Source of the DNA: an uncultured Gammaproteobacteria bacterium
Lineage (GTDB): Bacteria; Pseudomonadota; Gammaproteobacteria; Steroidobacterales; UBA11654
Length of the DNA: 64,000 nt
Direction: 5' to 3'
Assembly (NCBI GenBank): GCA_937801655.1
Contig: CALMWC010000005.1
Coordinates: 1,811-65,810, forward strand
The notes beneath the pieces are model-generated. The model did not search any database. It was not told the DNA's origin and was given only the letters and a program-made list of their open reading frames with translations. Of this stretch, positions 1-9,175 are shown piece by piece. Numbering within the stretch: position 1 is the stretch's first letter; the number at the start of each line of letters is the position of its first letter. Position numbers and translations under genes: made by a program.

Positions 1-1
1 C

Positions 2-376
2 AATAGACTTGATCCTGAAAAATGGCCATTAGGGTCAACTGGTAAAGTTATAAATTTCCGTTATATTTTTGGATACAGAGGAAAACTTTCTGATATTGAA
101 GATCAGCAAACCAGTAATGTGCATAGTCTTCAATTCTTTAGCGAGATTAGTCCTTGGTATCCTTTTCTACGAATGGGAAAAAAACCTGGTTTTAATTATT
201 GGAGCTTGCAAGGAAATAAGATTAAGTCTCTATCTGATGTTTCTCCTTTAGTGCTTGCCTATATAGATAAAAATGAACCTGGTTTTTTTGACAACGATCA
301 ACCATGGATTAAAACCGCTAACGCTTATTCTCAATACATGCAAGAGATGAAGAACAGACCAATTACTGAAAGGTAG
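2..376 (+). CDS. 3' end of a CDS entering from upstream of the window; product not recognised
   Basis: The frame of listed ORF 119..376 stays open back to base 2 (NRLDPEKWPLGSTGKVINFRY...), with stop TAG at 374-376. No diagnostic motif seen. Confidence 0.45.
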   Translation, partial: NRLDPEKWPLGSTGKVINFRYIFGYRGKLSDIEDQQTSNVHSLQFFSEISPWYPFLRMGKKPGFNYWSLQGNKIKSLSDVSPLVLAYIDKNEPGFFDNDQPWIKTANAYSQYMQEMKNRPITER

Positions 377-501
377 GTTTAAGAGAAGAAAGTTAAATAT
401 AGACCATCTAACAAAGTACTACCATAGAGGTATTTAGACAAAATTGGATAAATCTTTGAAATCATCCGGAGACTCTATAGAATACAGATTCTAAGGAACA
501 A

Positions 502-591
502 GGAGAGGTGGCAGAGCGGTCGAATGCGGCGGTCTTGAAAACCGTTGAAGGGTTAAACCTTCCGGGGGTTCGAATCCCTCCCTCTCCGCCA
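502..591 (+). tRNA. tRNA-Ser (anticodon UGA)
   Basis: Cloverleaf read by eye: acceptor GGAGAGG/CCTCTCC, anticodon stem-loop GCGGT-CTTGAAA-ACCGT (anticodon TGA), long variable arm, T-loop TTCGAAT, encoded CCA. Confidence 0.9.
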
Positions 592-635
592 TTAGAGTAT
601 TTTCCAATTATTCTGATCCATTTCTTTGATAGTAT

Positions 636-1874
636 TTGATTATGAGAATACTAATTATTATTACTTTTATCTTTTCTTTTGATGTTTTGGCTGACGTCAT
701 CATTGTTCCACCTTCCGATAATGCACAAGAGAGAATACAAGAAGCTCTTATATTGGCTAACCCTGGTGATGAAGTGCACCTAACTTCTGGAACATATTCT
801 ATTGAAGATGGATTGTCTCTTGATATTGATAATATTATTCTATCGGGTGAAGGCCATGAAAATACAATATTGGATTTCACAAATCAGATGACAGGTGCCC
901 AAGGTCTATTGGTTACTTCTAATGAAGTGATGCTAAAAGATTTTGCAATTATTAATACTAAAGGTGATGCAATAAAAGCCATTGGCTCGGATGGTATTTA
1001 TTTTATCAATCTTAGAACAGAATGGACTGGAGGTCCGAAGAGTTCTAATGGTGCTTATGGTCTTTATCCCGTTCAATCGAAAGATGTTTTAATCGATGGA
1101 TGCATAGCGATTGGTGCATCGGATGCAGGGATCTATGTCGGTCAATCTGAGAACATCATAGTTCGCAATAGTAGAGCAGAATTTAATGTTGCTGGTATTG
1201 AGATTGAAAATTCATATTATGCTGATGTATACAACAATATAGCTCAACATAATACAGGTGGAATTTTAGTTTTTGATTTACCTGATTTGCCTCAGCAGGG
1301 CGGTCATCACGTTAGAGTATTTAATAATCAAATCCTTGATAATGATACGGATAACTTTGCTCCCGAAGGGAATATTGTAGGCGAGGTTCCAAGGGGTACT
1401 GGGATTATTATTATGGCAAATTCTGATGTTGAAATATTTGATAATGATATTTCTGGTAATGGAACTATGAATATTGCGATCGTTAGCTATTCTTATGAAG
1501 AAGCCATAAATGCAACTGATTATTACCCTCATCCTAGAGGCATACAGGTGCACGATAATAGATTGAGTAATTCTGGATTCAACCCCGATATGGATAAAGA
1601 GATCGCAGCAATAGTTAAAGGTTTAGCCAAACAAACTATGCCTGATATATTTTGGGATGGCGTGCTTCCATTATCCCAAATGATCTTTGGACAACCCAAT
1701 GAGGATAGGCTCGTATTAATGGATAATGTTGATTCATCCTTTATGGCCATTAAACCAATTCAATACATGTTATCAATACCGAATCCTGTGACTAGAGATT
1801 CTATTGATTTTAGAGGCAATATAAAGCCTCTTGATGCTGTAACAATTGATCTGCCCTCTAGATACAATGACTAA
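636..1874 (+). CDS. secreted parallel beta-helix repeat protein (NosD/CASH-like)
   Basis: Signal-peptide-like N-terminus (MIMRILIIITFIFSFDVLA). Repeated short turns (GIYVGQSENIIVRNS, AGIEIENSYYADVYNN, GIIIMANSDVEIFDND, GTMNIAIVS) are typical of right-handed beta-helix proteins. Overlaps the next gene. Confidence 0.7.
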   Translation: MIMRILIIITFIFSFDVLADVIIVPPSDNAQERIQEALILANPGDEVHLTSGTYSIEDGLSLDIDNIILSGEGHENTILDFTNQMTGAQGLLVTSNEVMLKDFAIINTKGDAIKAIGSDGIYFINLRTEWTGGPKSSNGAYGLYPVQSKDVLIDGCIAIGASDAGIYVGQSENIIVRNSRAEFNVAGIEIENSYYADVYNNIAQHNTGGILVFDLPDLPQQGGHHVRVFNNQILDNDTDNFAPEGNIVGEVPRGTGIIIMANSDVEIFDNDISGNGTMNIAIVSYSYEEAINATDYYPHPRGIQVHDNRLSNSGFNPDMDKEIAAIVKGLAKQTMPDIFWDGVLPLSQMIFGQPNEDRLVLMDNVDSSFMAIKPIQYMLSIPNPVTRDSIDFRGNIKPLDAVTIDLPSRYND

Positions 1875-2910
1875 AAAAGTTGCTACTAAAATTTGTATAG
1901 TTTTCTTGTTTCTCTCTTGCAATATTTATGCTTCTGTTAATGAAGAAGCAATCTTGTCAGATGATTACCCAAACACATTATCTGAGTTTGGATTTTTTAG
2001 TGATCAAGCTAAACAAATACCGGAAGTAGATGTATTATCATACAGTTTAATCACTCCATTATTTTCAGATTATGCAAACAAGAATAGATTTGTGTATGTT
2101 CCTCAAGGTCGGACAGCAGAATATCAAAATAATGATGTTTTTAAGTTTCCTATTGGATCGGTTTTGATAAAGACATTTTCATATAAAAAAATGAATGTAA
2201 ATAATTCTGAGAAGCAATTAATAGAAACCAGACTGCTCTTGAATAAAAAAAATGGATGGGATGCAGTAACTTATGTATGGAATGAAGATCAGGATGAAGC
2301 CTTTTTAAATATAGCTGGTAAAACCATACTCACAGAATACTTCGATGAATCTGGTATGCCGATAAATATTAGATATCGTGTACCGAATAAAAATCAATGC
2401 AAAGAGTGTCATTTAAAAAATGATTCTCTCGTCCCAATTGGACCCAAACCAAGAAATCTTAATCGTATGGTCCATTATTCAGATGGACCTATGAATCAGT
2501 TATTAAAATGGGAAACAATGAACCTAACAGCAGAAAATCATGAAGACATTCCCGCTGTTGCTGATTTCACCAATTCAAATGAATCTTTGGATAAAAGAGC
2601 AAGGGCTTATTTGGATATTAATTGCGGTCATTGTCATTCTAAGACTGGCTCTGCCAATACCACTGGCCTATATCTTAATTTGAATGAGAGCAATAAAAAA
2701 AGCATTGGTATCTTTAAACCCCCAGTTGCAGCTGGCAGAGGAGCAGGAAATTTTAAATATTCGATAGTACCTGGCAACCCAGATCAGTCCATACTACTTT
2801 ATAGAATGATTTCAGATGAACCCGATATTATGATGCCAGAGTCAGGACGAGCAATAGCCCATCAAGAAGGCATTGATTTAATCAGGGAATGGATAACAGC
2901 CATGGAATGA
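1867..2910 (+). CDS. exported di-haem c-type cytochrome-like protein
   Basis: Two CXXCH haem-attachment motifs (CKECH, CGHCH). Hydrophobic N-terminus with lipobox-like FLSC. I prefer the ATG at 1867 (MTKKVATKI...) over the track start at 1846. Confidence 0.7.
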   Translation: MTKKVATKICIVFLFLSCNIYASVNEEAILSDDYPNTLSEFGFFSDQAKQIPEVDVLSYSLITPLFSDYANKNRFVYVPQGRTAEYQNNDVFKFPIGSVLIKTFSYKKMNVNNSEKQLIETRLLLNKKNGWDAVTYVWNEDQDEAFLNIAGKTILTEYFDESGMPINIRYRVPNKNQCKECHLKNDSLVPIGPKPRNLNRMVHYSDGPMNQLLKWETMNLTAENHEDIPAVADFTNSNESLDKRARAYLDINCGHCHSKTGSANTTGLYLNLNESNKKSIGIFKPPVAAGRGAGNFKYSIVPGNPDQSILLYRMISDEPDIMMPESGRAIAHQEGIDLIREWITAME

Positions 2911-3059
2911 TGCTTATGAGTAATGAAGATAAAAAACCAATAACCAGAAAAAAAACACCGCACCATGGATTAACTAAACAACATAAAAATAAAATCAAAT
3001 ACGATCGTAAAAAATTAAAGAAAAAAATGAATGAATTTAAAGAAGATGTAGATCAATGA
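2907..3059 (+). CDS. small lysine-rich ORF (50 aa), below the track cut-off
   Basis: Its ATG (2907) overlaps the upstream stop (TGA 2908-2910), and its stop overlaps the next start as ATGA (3056-3059). Translation: MMLMSNEDKKPITRKKTPHHGLTKQHKNKIKYDRKKLKKKMNEFKEDVDQ. No homology recognised. Confidence 0.3.
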   Translation: MMLMSNEDKKPITRKKTPHHGLTKQHKNKIKYDRKKLKKKMNEFKEDVDQ

Positions 3060-3982
3060 TAAAGATAAAATACATAGGCTTTGCTTTCTTTCACCTATTA
3101 CTAATCTTTACTAGCGTTAATATCTTTTCATCTGAGAGTCAGAATACCCAATTAATTTTACTAGGAACAGGAACACCCAATGCAGATCCTGAGAGATCTG
3201 GTCCTGCTCTAGCAATTGTTGTTGGACAGCAATCATATCTTGTTGACTTTGGACCTGGGATCGTAAGACAAGCAGCAAAAGCTTCTAGGAAATTTGATGG
3301 TATGCTGGAACCGCTCAAACCTAGTAATCTTAGAACAGCATTCTTAACTCATCTGCACTCCGATCATACTGCAGGATATCCTGATCTTATTCTTACACCT
3401 TGGGTGCTTGAAAGAGAACAACCATTAAAGGTTTTCGGTCCTAAAGGCCTTCAGAGAATGACTGATAATATTTTGCAAGCATACGATGCTGATATAAATT
3501 ATAGAATTGATGGATTGGAACCTGCTAATAACGAAGGATGGAAAGTTGATGTTACTGAAATAGATGAGGGATTAATCTATCAGGATGAATTGATTAAAGT
3601 TTCAGCATTTAAGATAAACCATGGTACTTGGGATAATGCTTTTGGTTATAAATTTGAAACAGCCGATAAAACCATTGTTGTCTCTGGAGACACAAGACCA
3701 AGTAAAAAACTCATAGAAGCAAGTAAGAATGTAGATATTTTAGTGCATGAAGTATATTCACAGGATGGCTTCAATCGAAGAAGTGAGATTTGGCAGGAGT
3801 ATCATTCAACCCATCATACATCCACGGTTGAATTAGCTTCAATTGCAAATCAGGCACAGCCGGAGCTACTAATTCTAAATCACATTTTATTTTGGGGTGC
3901 TAGCGAGGATGAGCTATTAGGTGAAATAACAGAACGTTATAATGGTAAGGTGTCTTTGGGTTCAGATCTAAATATTTATTGA
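3056..3982 (+). CDS. MBL-fold metallo-hydrolase (RNase Z/lactamase-B-like), exported
   Basis: HxHxDH metal motif (THLHSDHTAGY), later SGDT and HE motifs, and an N-terminal signal-like segment. Confidence 0.8.
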   Translation: MIKIKYIGFAFFHLLLIFTSVNIFSSESQNTQLILLGTGTPNADPERSGPALAIVVGQQSYLVDFGPGIVRQAAKASRKFDGMLEPLKPSNLRTAFLTHLHSDHTAGYPDLILTPWVLEREQPLKVFGPKGLQRMTDNILQAYDADINYRIDGLEPANNEGWKVDVTEIDEGLIYQDELIKVSAFKINHGTWDNAFGYKFETADKTIVVSGDTRPSKKLIEASKNVDILVHEVYSQDGFNRRSEIWQEYHSTHHTSTVELASIANQAQPELLILNHILFWGASEDELLGEITERYNGKVSLGSDLNIY

Positions 3983-3989
3983 GTTCAAT

Positions 3990-4373
3990 ATGGAAGTATT
4001 AAAGTTAAGCTTATTAGTCGGTGTAGGTGGATTCTTTGGAACCTCTCTTCGTTTTATCACCAATGCCTTAGTTGAAAAAATCATACCGGTATCAGTATTT
4101 CCTCTTGGTACAATCTTAGTGAATATCATTGGTTGCTTATGCATCGGTATTTTTACTGGGTATCTCTCTAGTAAAATATCTGAACCTAGTAATTTTTATT
4201 TATTTGTTACAATTGGACTCTTGGGCGGTTATACGACATTCTCAGCATTTGCTTATGAAGCCCAGTTATTTATTCAGAACGGAGAGGTAATTAAACTATC
4301 ACTCTATATTGCCTCACAAGTCATAATTGGTGTTTTTTTAGCATTATTAGGATATAACATTACTAGAGGGTAA
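3990..4373 (+). CDS. crcB: fluoride ion channel CrcB/FluC
   Basis: 127-aa four-TM protein with the CrcB signatures GGFFGTSLRF and GGYTTFSAF. Confidence 0.85.
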   Translation: MEVLKLSLLVGVGGFFGTSLRFITNALVEKIIPVSVFPLGTILVNIIGCLCIGIFTGYLSSKISEPSNFYLFVTIGLLGGYTTFSAFAYEAQLFIQNGEVIKLSLYIASQVIIGVFLALLGYNITRG

Positions 4374-4376
4374 AAG

Positions 4377-4517
4377 GTGTCAGAACAGGCTAATAGAACA
4401 GTTTTAATTACAGGCACATCGTCAGGTGTAGGCGAAGCTTTTGCAGTTCTAGCAAAAACTATACCAAAACGTATTTCTCAATCTATTGCTAGAACGCTAA
4501 CTAAGAGGACCTACTAA
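4377..4517 (+). pseudogene. remnant of a short-chain dehydrogenase/reductase N-terminus
   Basis: GTG-initiated 46-codon ORF VSEQANRTVLITGTSSGVGEAFAVLAK... carries the SDR Rossmann motif TGxxxGxG, then stops at 4515-4517, 2 nt before the next gene. Confidence 0.4.
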
Positions 4518-4519
4518 CT

Positions 4520-5197
4520 ATGTTAAAAAATAATAGAAATAAAATTCTTTTCATCGCAATCTTTTGTTTGATTGTTTCACCCCTCAGTCAAAGTCAAAAC
4601 GGAGGGGAGGGTGAAAGAGAACAAAGCAATGAGCAAATGCCCAATCAATCGCCAATTCAATCAGACTCTATTCCTATGGGTGGCAATGACTATATATACG
4701 GATATGGAGATACTACCTTGGATGAAAAATATCTTAACCGAAAAGATCAATCGCCAATTATAAATCTAACTGGAAAAGCAAAGGTGATTGATGGCGATAC
4801 AATTACTATTAATGGCACGAAAATTAGGTTCAGTGGTATTGATGCTCCTGAAAGTCATTTTTATGGACAAACACAATACTGTCAAAGACCTAATGGCAAA
4901 ATCTGGGCCTGTGGTAAAAAAGCGACTACTAAACTTAAAGAACTCATTAATAATCAGGAAGTTCAATGTACAGATGAAGGAAGAGATAAGTATGACCGAA
5001 CTCTTAGTATTTGTTATGCCAATGGAGTTGATTTGCAATCTGAAATGGTAAAATCAGGTATGGCTATTGCTTATTTAAAATATTCAAGACGTTATGAAAA
5101 TGAGATGGTTGAAGCAATGACCAATAGAGTAGGGATATGGAGTGGAAACTTTCTAGATCCTGAAGATTGGAGAAAAGAAAATAGTAGAAGAAATTAA
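4520..5197 (+). CDS. secreted thermonuclease (staphylococcal nuclease, SNase) family protein
   Basis: Signal peptide followed by SNase-like motifs VIDGDTI, IRFSGIDAPE and DKYDRTL. Confidence 0.75.
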   Translation: MLKNNRNKILFIAIFCLIVSPLSQSQNGGEGEREQSNEQMPNQSPIQSDSIPMGGNDYIYGYGDTTLDEKYLNRKDQSPIINLTGKAKVIDGDTITINGTKIRFSGIDAPESHFYGQTQYCQRPNGKIWACGKKATTKLKELINNQEVQCTDEGRDKYDRTLSICYANGVDLQSEMVKSGMAIAYLKYSRRYENEMVEAMTNRVGIWSGNFLDPEDWRKENSRRN

Positions 5198-5228
5198 TAA
5201 CAATTACAGATTTTTTTAAGATTTAGCT

Positions 5229-6245
5229 ATGGAAAATATTTTCAAAGAGTCACAAGGAATTACCTATAACGGAGGAGCAATGCTCTATTCAATCGGGGGT
5301 TATGTTACAGGTTTCTTAGGTCTATTTAGTACGAACATTGGCATTAATATCATCTCCGCCTTTCTTTTAGGACATGCAATGATAATTGCAGCTTATTTAG
5401 TTCATGAATGTTCACATAATTTAGTGTTTAAAAAAATTAGATTCAATAACTATGTGGGTGAATTATTCAGTTGGATCTGTGGCTCCTCATACGGAACATA
5501 CAAAGATATTCAACATAAGCACTTTAGGCATCATGTGGATGTTGATGATGTTGTCTGGTTTGACTACGAATCCTTTTTTGAAAAAAATCCGAAAATATTT
5601 TTAGTCACTAAAATATTGGAATGGTTCTATATCCCTGCTCATGAATTTATCATGCATTTTATTATGACATTTTCTTCATTTATTATCCCAGAGAGAAGAA
5701 ATCAGCGATTTAGAAATATTGCAGTCATCGCAATAAGATTTTCTATTTTTGGATGCTTGATTGCCTTTTTTCCAAAAGTTGCACTTTTTTATACTTTCTC
5801 TTATATCTTATTAATGACTGTGCTTCGTTTTATGGACTCTATCCAACACGATTATCCTTATAATCTAACTCTTTTTAGTAATGAAAAACCACTAAGACAA
5901 GGCGAGTATGAGTGGGAACAAACTCATACATACAGTAATCCTCATTCTCTTCATGTAGAAGCATTAAACTGGCTCACCTTAAACTTTGGTTTTCATAATG
6001 CTCATCACGATAATATGACGATTCCTTGGTATCTACTACCACAGAAACATCGGGAACTCTTTGGTAATAATGCTGAAACTGTCGTTCCTTTCTCTTCGCA
6101 AATAAAAATATTTCATAAGAATAGAGTAAGCAGGATTTATGGAAATCATGATGAGTTTTCACCTGAAGGCAGTGGATACCTTATTGCAGCAAGAAAAGCT
6201 GAAGTTTCAGGTGGCAATGCAGCATCTTTTTTAACATCATTTTAA
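5229..6245 (+). CDS. membrane fatty-acid desaturase family protein
   Basis: Three histidine boxes (HECSHN, HKHFRHH, HNAHH) and hydrophobic segments. Confidence 0.8.
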   Translation: MENIFKESQGITYNGGAMLYSIGGYVTGFLGLFSTNIGINIISAFLLGHAMIIAAYLVHECSHNLVFKKIRFNNYVGELFSWICGSSYGTYKDIQHKHFRHHVDVDDVVWFDYESFFEKNPKIFLVTKILEWFYIPAHEFIMHFIMTFSSFIIPERRNQRFRNIAVIAIRFSIFGCLIAFFPKVALFYTFSYILLMTVLRFMDSIQHDYPYNLTLFSNEKPLRQGEYEWEQTHTYSNPHSLHVEALNWLTLNFGFHNAHHDNMTIPWYLLPQKHRELFGNNAETVVPFSSQIKIFHKNRVSRIYGNHDEFSPEGSGYLIAARKAEVSGGNAASFLTSF

Positions 6246-6291
6246 AACCATTGTATCTTGGCAGACAGAAACTTACCGAGAGTAATAATTT

Positions 6292-7461
6292 TTAATTAGC
6301 TAGATTCTTCTTTAGATAATTCAACATATTTTCTCCCATCACCAGACGAATATCAGATTCCTCTACACCAGCTTCCAATAATTCATGAGTGATAGCGATC
6401 AGTTCTGAGCTGTCAAAACCAGGTAAAACTGCACCATCAAAATCAGAACCTAAAGCAACATGCTTCGCTCCTATTAATTCTATTCCATATTGAATTGCTT
6501 CTGCTACAGATTTAGGTGTATTGTCACAAACGGCTGCTTTCCAGAATCCTATTGCAACCAACCCACCTTTTTTTGCAATCTCTTTCATTAATGAATCACT
6601 GATATTTCTAGCGGAAGGACAGTGACCATAAAACCCTGTATGACTCACTAATATTGGTTCATGACTGAGGTCTAGAACATCTTGTACTACGTTCTCCGAG
6701 GAATGCGATACATCAATCATAATCCCAAGACGAAGCATTTCTTTTATGGCTTCTTGACCGAATATTGTTAGACCTTTCCCGGATGTACCATGAAGCGATC
6801 CACCAAGTTTATTGTCAAAGAAGTGCTGCAAGCTCATCATTCGAAAACCTTCATTAAAGAGACGTTCAATATTTTTTAGATCACCATCTAAAGCATGAGA
6901 TCCTTCTGTACCAAGTAAGCCACCAATTAAATCCGAATTGAAGTTTCTTTTCTTTATGAATTCAGTAAGGTCTGATTGGGATAAAATTAACATAAAATTC
7001 TGACTGTCTTGTTTTGCAAGTGTATGAATCTTGCTTGCTTGATAAATGACTCTCTCCGTTAGACTGCTCCAAGTTTTTATTGGCCATCGTTGTAATATAA
7101 CTAATGATGTGATGTTGTCATTGGTAGAAGTTTCATTACTTTTATAATTCTGTCCTCTGGGCGATTTAGAGACAGAGGTAAACATTTGGAGTGCTACATT
7201 ACCTTTCTGTAAACGAGGAATATCAACATGACCATAATCATACTGATTGGATAGAACACGATTCCATAAAGTGCTATCAGCATGCCAATCACCAATCAGT
7301 AAATCTTTATGAAGCTTTTGTGCTTTTTCTGATACCTCAAAAGGAGGGTGGGGAGAGATTTGGTTTATTTGATTATCAACAAAGCTAGGACCAAAGATCA
7401 GTGTACCAATCACAATCAAGGTGAATGTAACACTTAGGGTAAGTAATAAAAATCTTTTCAT
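6292..7461 (-). CDS. membrane dipeptidase (peptidase M19 family)
   Basis: N-terminal anchor plus M19-like blocks: DWHAD, GTEGSHALDG, FRMMSLQHFFDN, IDVSHSS, SHTGF...RNISD. Confidence 0.7.
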   Translation of the reverse strand: MKRFLLLTLSVTFTLIVIGTLIFGPSFVDNQINQISPHPPFEVSEKAQKLHKDLLIGDWHADSTLWNRVLSNQYDYGHVDIPRLQKGNVALQMFTSVSKSPRGQNYKSNETSTNDNITSLVILQRWPIKTWSSLTERVIYQASKIHTLAKQDSQNFMLILSQSDLTEFIKKRNFNSDLIGGLLGTEGSHALDGDLKNIERLFNEGFRMMSLQHFFDNKLGGSLHGTSGKGLTIFGQEAIKEMLRLGIMIDVSHSSENVVQDVLDLSHEPILVSHTGFYGHCPSARNISDSLMKEIAKKGGLVAIGFWKAAVCDNTPKSVAEAIQYGIELIGAKHVALGSDFDGAVLPGFDSSELIAITHELLEAGVEESDIRLVMGENMLNYLKKNLAN

Positions 7462-7508
7462 TCAAAGCATCCTAAACAAGATTTTAATCTTTAACAAATA
7501 TATAGGAT

Positions 7509-7919
7509 CTACCCACTCATTACTCTTGGCCATCGATCGTGAACACTGAATTCTAATTCTGGCTCAATGGTCACCACATATAACCTTTGTTCTTGATTCT
7601 CTACGGCAATCAATCCTTGAATCCATTGTCCTCGTATCAGATCAAACCAGTGACTCTTTCCTTCATGATCTTTTTCCATAAAACTAAGAACTGGTATCTT
7701 AACTGGTTTAGGAAACCATCTATCCCAAACACCTGAATGTATTGAATCTAATCTTGCCCATCCACCTAAGGGTAATCTTCCTGACTGTCCTTTTCTTCTT
7801 CCCCAAAGAATTAGTTTTGTTTGATCGTCCTTTGCCATCACTGGGAGTTTTGCTTTTGGATTAGGAAAGTAGACTCTCATATGATCCCCATTGTGATTAT
7901 AAGACACACCTCCACACAT
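7509..7919 (-). CDS. short SRAP (SOS-response associated peptidase, YedK/HMCES)-like protein
   Basis: Starts MCGG (Cys2). By-eye matches to SRAP core blocks: LILWGRR, GGWARLDS, IPVLSFMEKD, VHDRWPRVM. Only 136 aa. Its start overlaps the polymerase stop as TAATG. Confidence 0.55.
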   Translation of the reverse strand: MCGGVSYNHNGDHMRVYFPNPKAKLPVMAKDDQTKLILWGRRKGQSGRLPLGGWARLDSIHSGVWDRWFPKPVKIPVLSFMEKDHEGKSHWFDLIRGQWIQGLIAVENQEQRLYVVTIEPELEFSVHDRWPRVMSG

Positions 7920-9175
7920 TATATTGTTCTCCTATGACCGCTTGGTTTCCAAGCTGGGGCAATGACATCAGGCATACTTGATCGATGTATTAGATTACTG
8001 GGAGCTATTGTTAGATCCCCATATCGTTCATTGATGCAGTCTAGGACTTTATTTTTCTTATTGGAATGATTCTTCTTTTCTTGATTCTCAAAAAAATTAA
8101 TTTGTTGATTGGCTTTACTTGGTTTTATTGCTGTTACTTGGATTTGACTAATCCCTTCACCATGCCATTGTTGATGAATCAATAATTGGCCTAATTTCAT
8201 GATGCATATTCCATCATCCGTTGGATATTGACTGTGCATTTTTTGACCAAGCCAGCCATATTTAGAGCGAAAACCTATATAAAATTTAGATGCTTTTAGA
8301 TTGTGTCTTCTAAGTCGGGATCCAACTTTTTCACTCATATGTTGCAAGTATGTTTTGATAGTTTGAATATCTTTAGTATTAGGCGGCATTACTTTGCCAT
8401 GTCCAATAGATTTAGGTTCAGCAATATGAGTGTGTATTTTTTCTGGATCTTTACCTTGGGCCATAAGCCAGATACGTCGTCCTGGATGACCAAAATGTTT
8501 ACCCAGTAAACTAATAGGAATATTTTTCATATCACCACAAGTATAGACTCCATAAGATTGTAAGAAGCCACCAATACCTTTTGCAATACCACATAACTCA
8601 GTAACTGGGACATCATGGAGAGTGCTTTCTGATTTGCTTGGATGCACTACAGTTATGCCATTGGGTTTGTTTTGTTTAGCAGCATACTTTGCAGTTGTTT
8701 TATCACCGCTGATGCCAATGGAACAGGGTAGACCCGATAGTTCAAAAACCAATTCTTTTATTTGTTGAGCCAGTTTCTCAGGTGAGCCCATAATTTTTTG
8801 GCAACGAGTCATATCAAGAAATGCTTCATCAACTGAGTAGACCTCTATATCAGGAGTTACTTTATTTAAACCTTGCATTATTTTTGTAGAGATTTCAGCA
8901 TAACGTTTTGGCCTAGAAGGCCTTTGAATTAATTCTGGACAAAGTTTGCGTGCTTCTTTAAGGCGCATACCAGTTTTGATTCCCCAATACCTAGCCTCAT
9001 AGGAACACGTAATAATGCAAGTGCCCTGAATGCCGTTAGTAACCGCAATAGGCCGTCCAAATAACTCTGGCTGATCCATTTGCTCAATGGATGCAAAGAA
9101 TGAGTTCATATCAACCAACGCAATTATTCTAGGCCAAGGTGAGTAATCACTGATAACTTCTGAGTTGTCCAACAA
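7919..9175 (-). CDS. Y-family DNA polymerase (DinB/UmuC-like)
   Basis: Catalytic motifs LVDMNSFFASIEQ and YSVDEAFLD, plus the SIGISGDKTTAKYA and HhH-like regions. Its 5' end overlaps the 3' end of lexA by 29 nt. Confidence 0.85.
   Translation of the reverse strand: MLDNSEVISDYSPWPRIIALVDMNSFFASIEQMDQPELFGRPIAVTNGIQGTCIITCSYEARYWGIKTGMRLKEARKLCPELIQRPSRPKRYAEISTKIMQGLNKVTPDIEVYSVDEAFLDMTRCQKIMGSPEKLAQQIKELVFELSGLPCSIGISGDKTTAKYAAKQNKPNGITVVHPSKSESTLHDVPVTELCGIAKGIGGFLQSYGVYTCGDMKNIPISLLGKHFGHPGRRIWLMAQGKDPEKIHTHIAEPKSIGHGKVMPPNTKDIQTIKTYLQHMSEKVGSRLRRHNLKASKFYIGFRSKYGWLGQKMHSQYPTDDGICIMKLGQLLIHQQWHGEGISQIQVTAIKPSKANQQINFFENQEKKNHSNKKNKVLDCINERYGDLTIAPSNLIHRSSMPDVIAPAWKPSGHRRTI

Noticed and set aside
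69-251. Track ORFs 69..251 and 119..376 as independent small genes.
   Set aside because: The frame of 119..376 is open back to base 2, so it is better read as the tail of a gene truncated by the window edge. ORF 69..251 is an overlapping alternative frame.
3983-3989. Fluoride riboswitch upstream of crcB.
   Set aside because: Only 7 nt separate crcB from the preceding gene, and no crcB-motif sequence is visible upstream.
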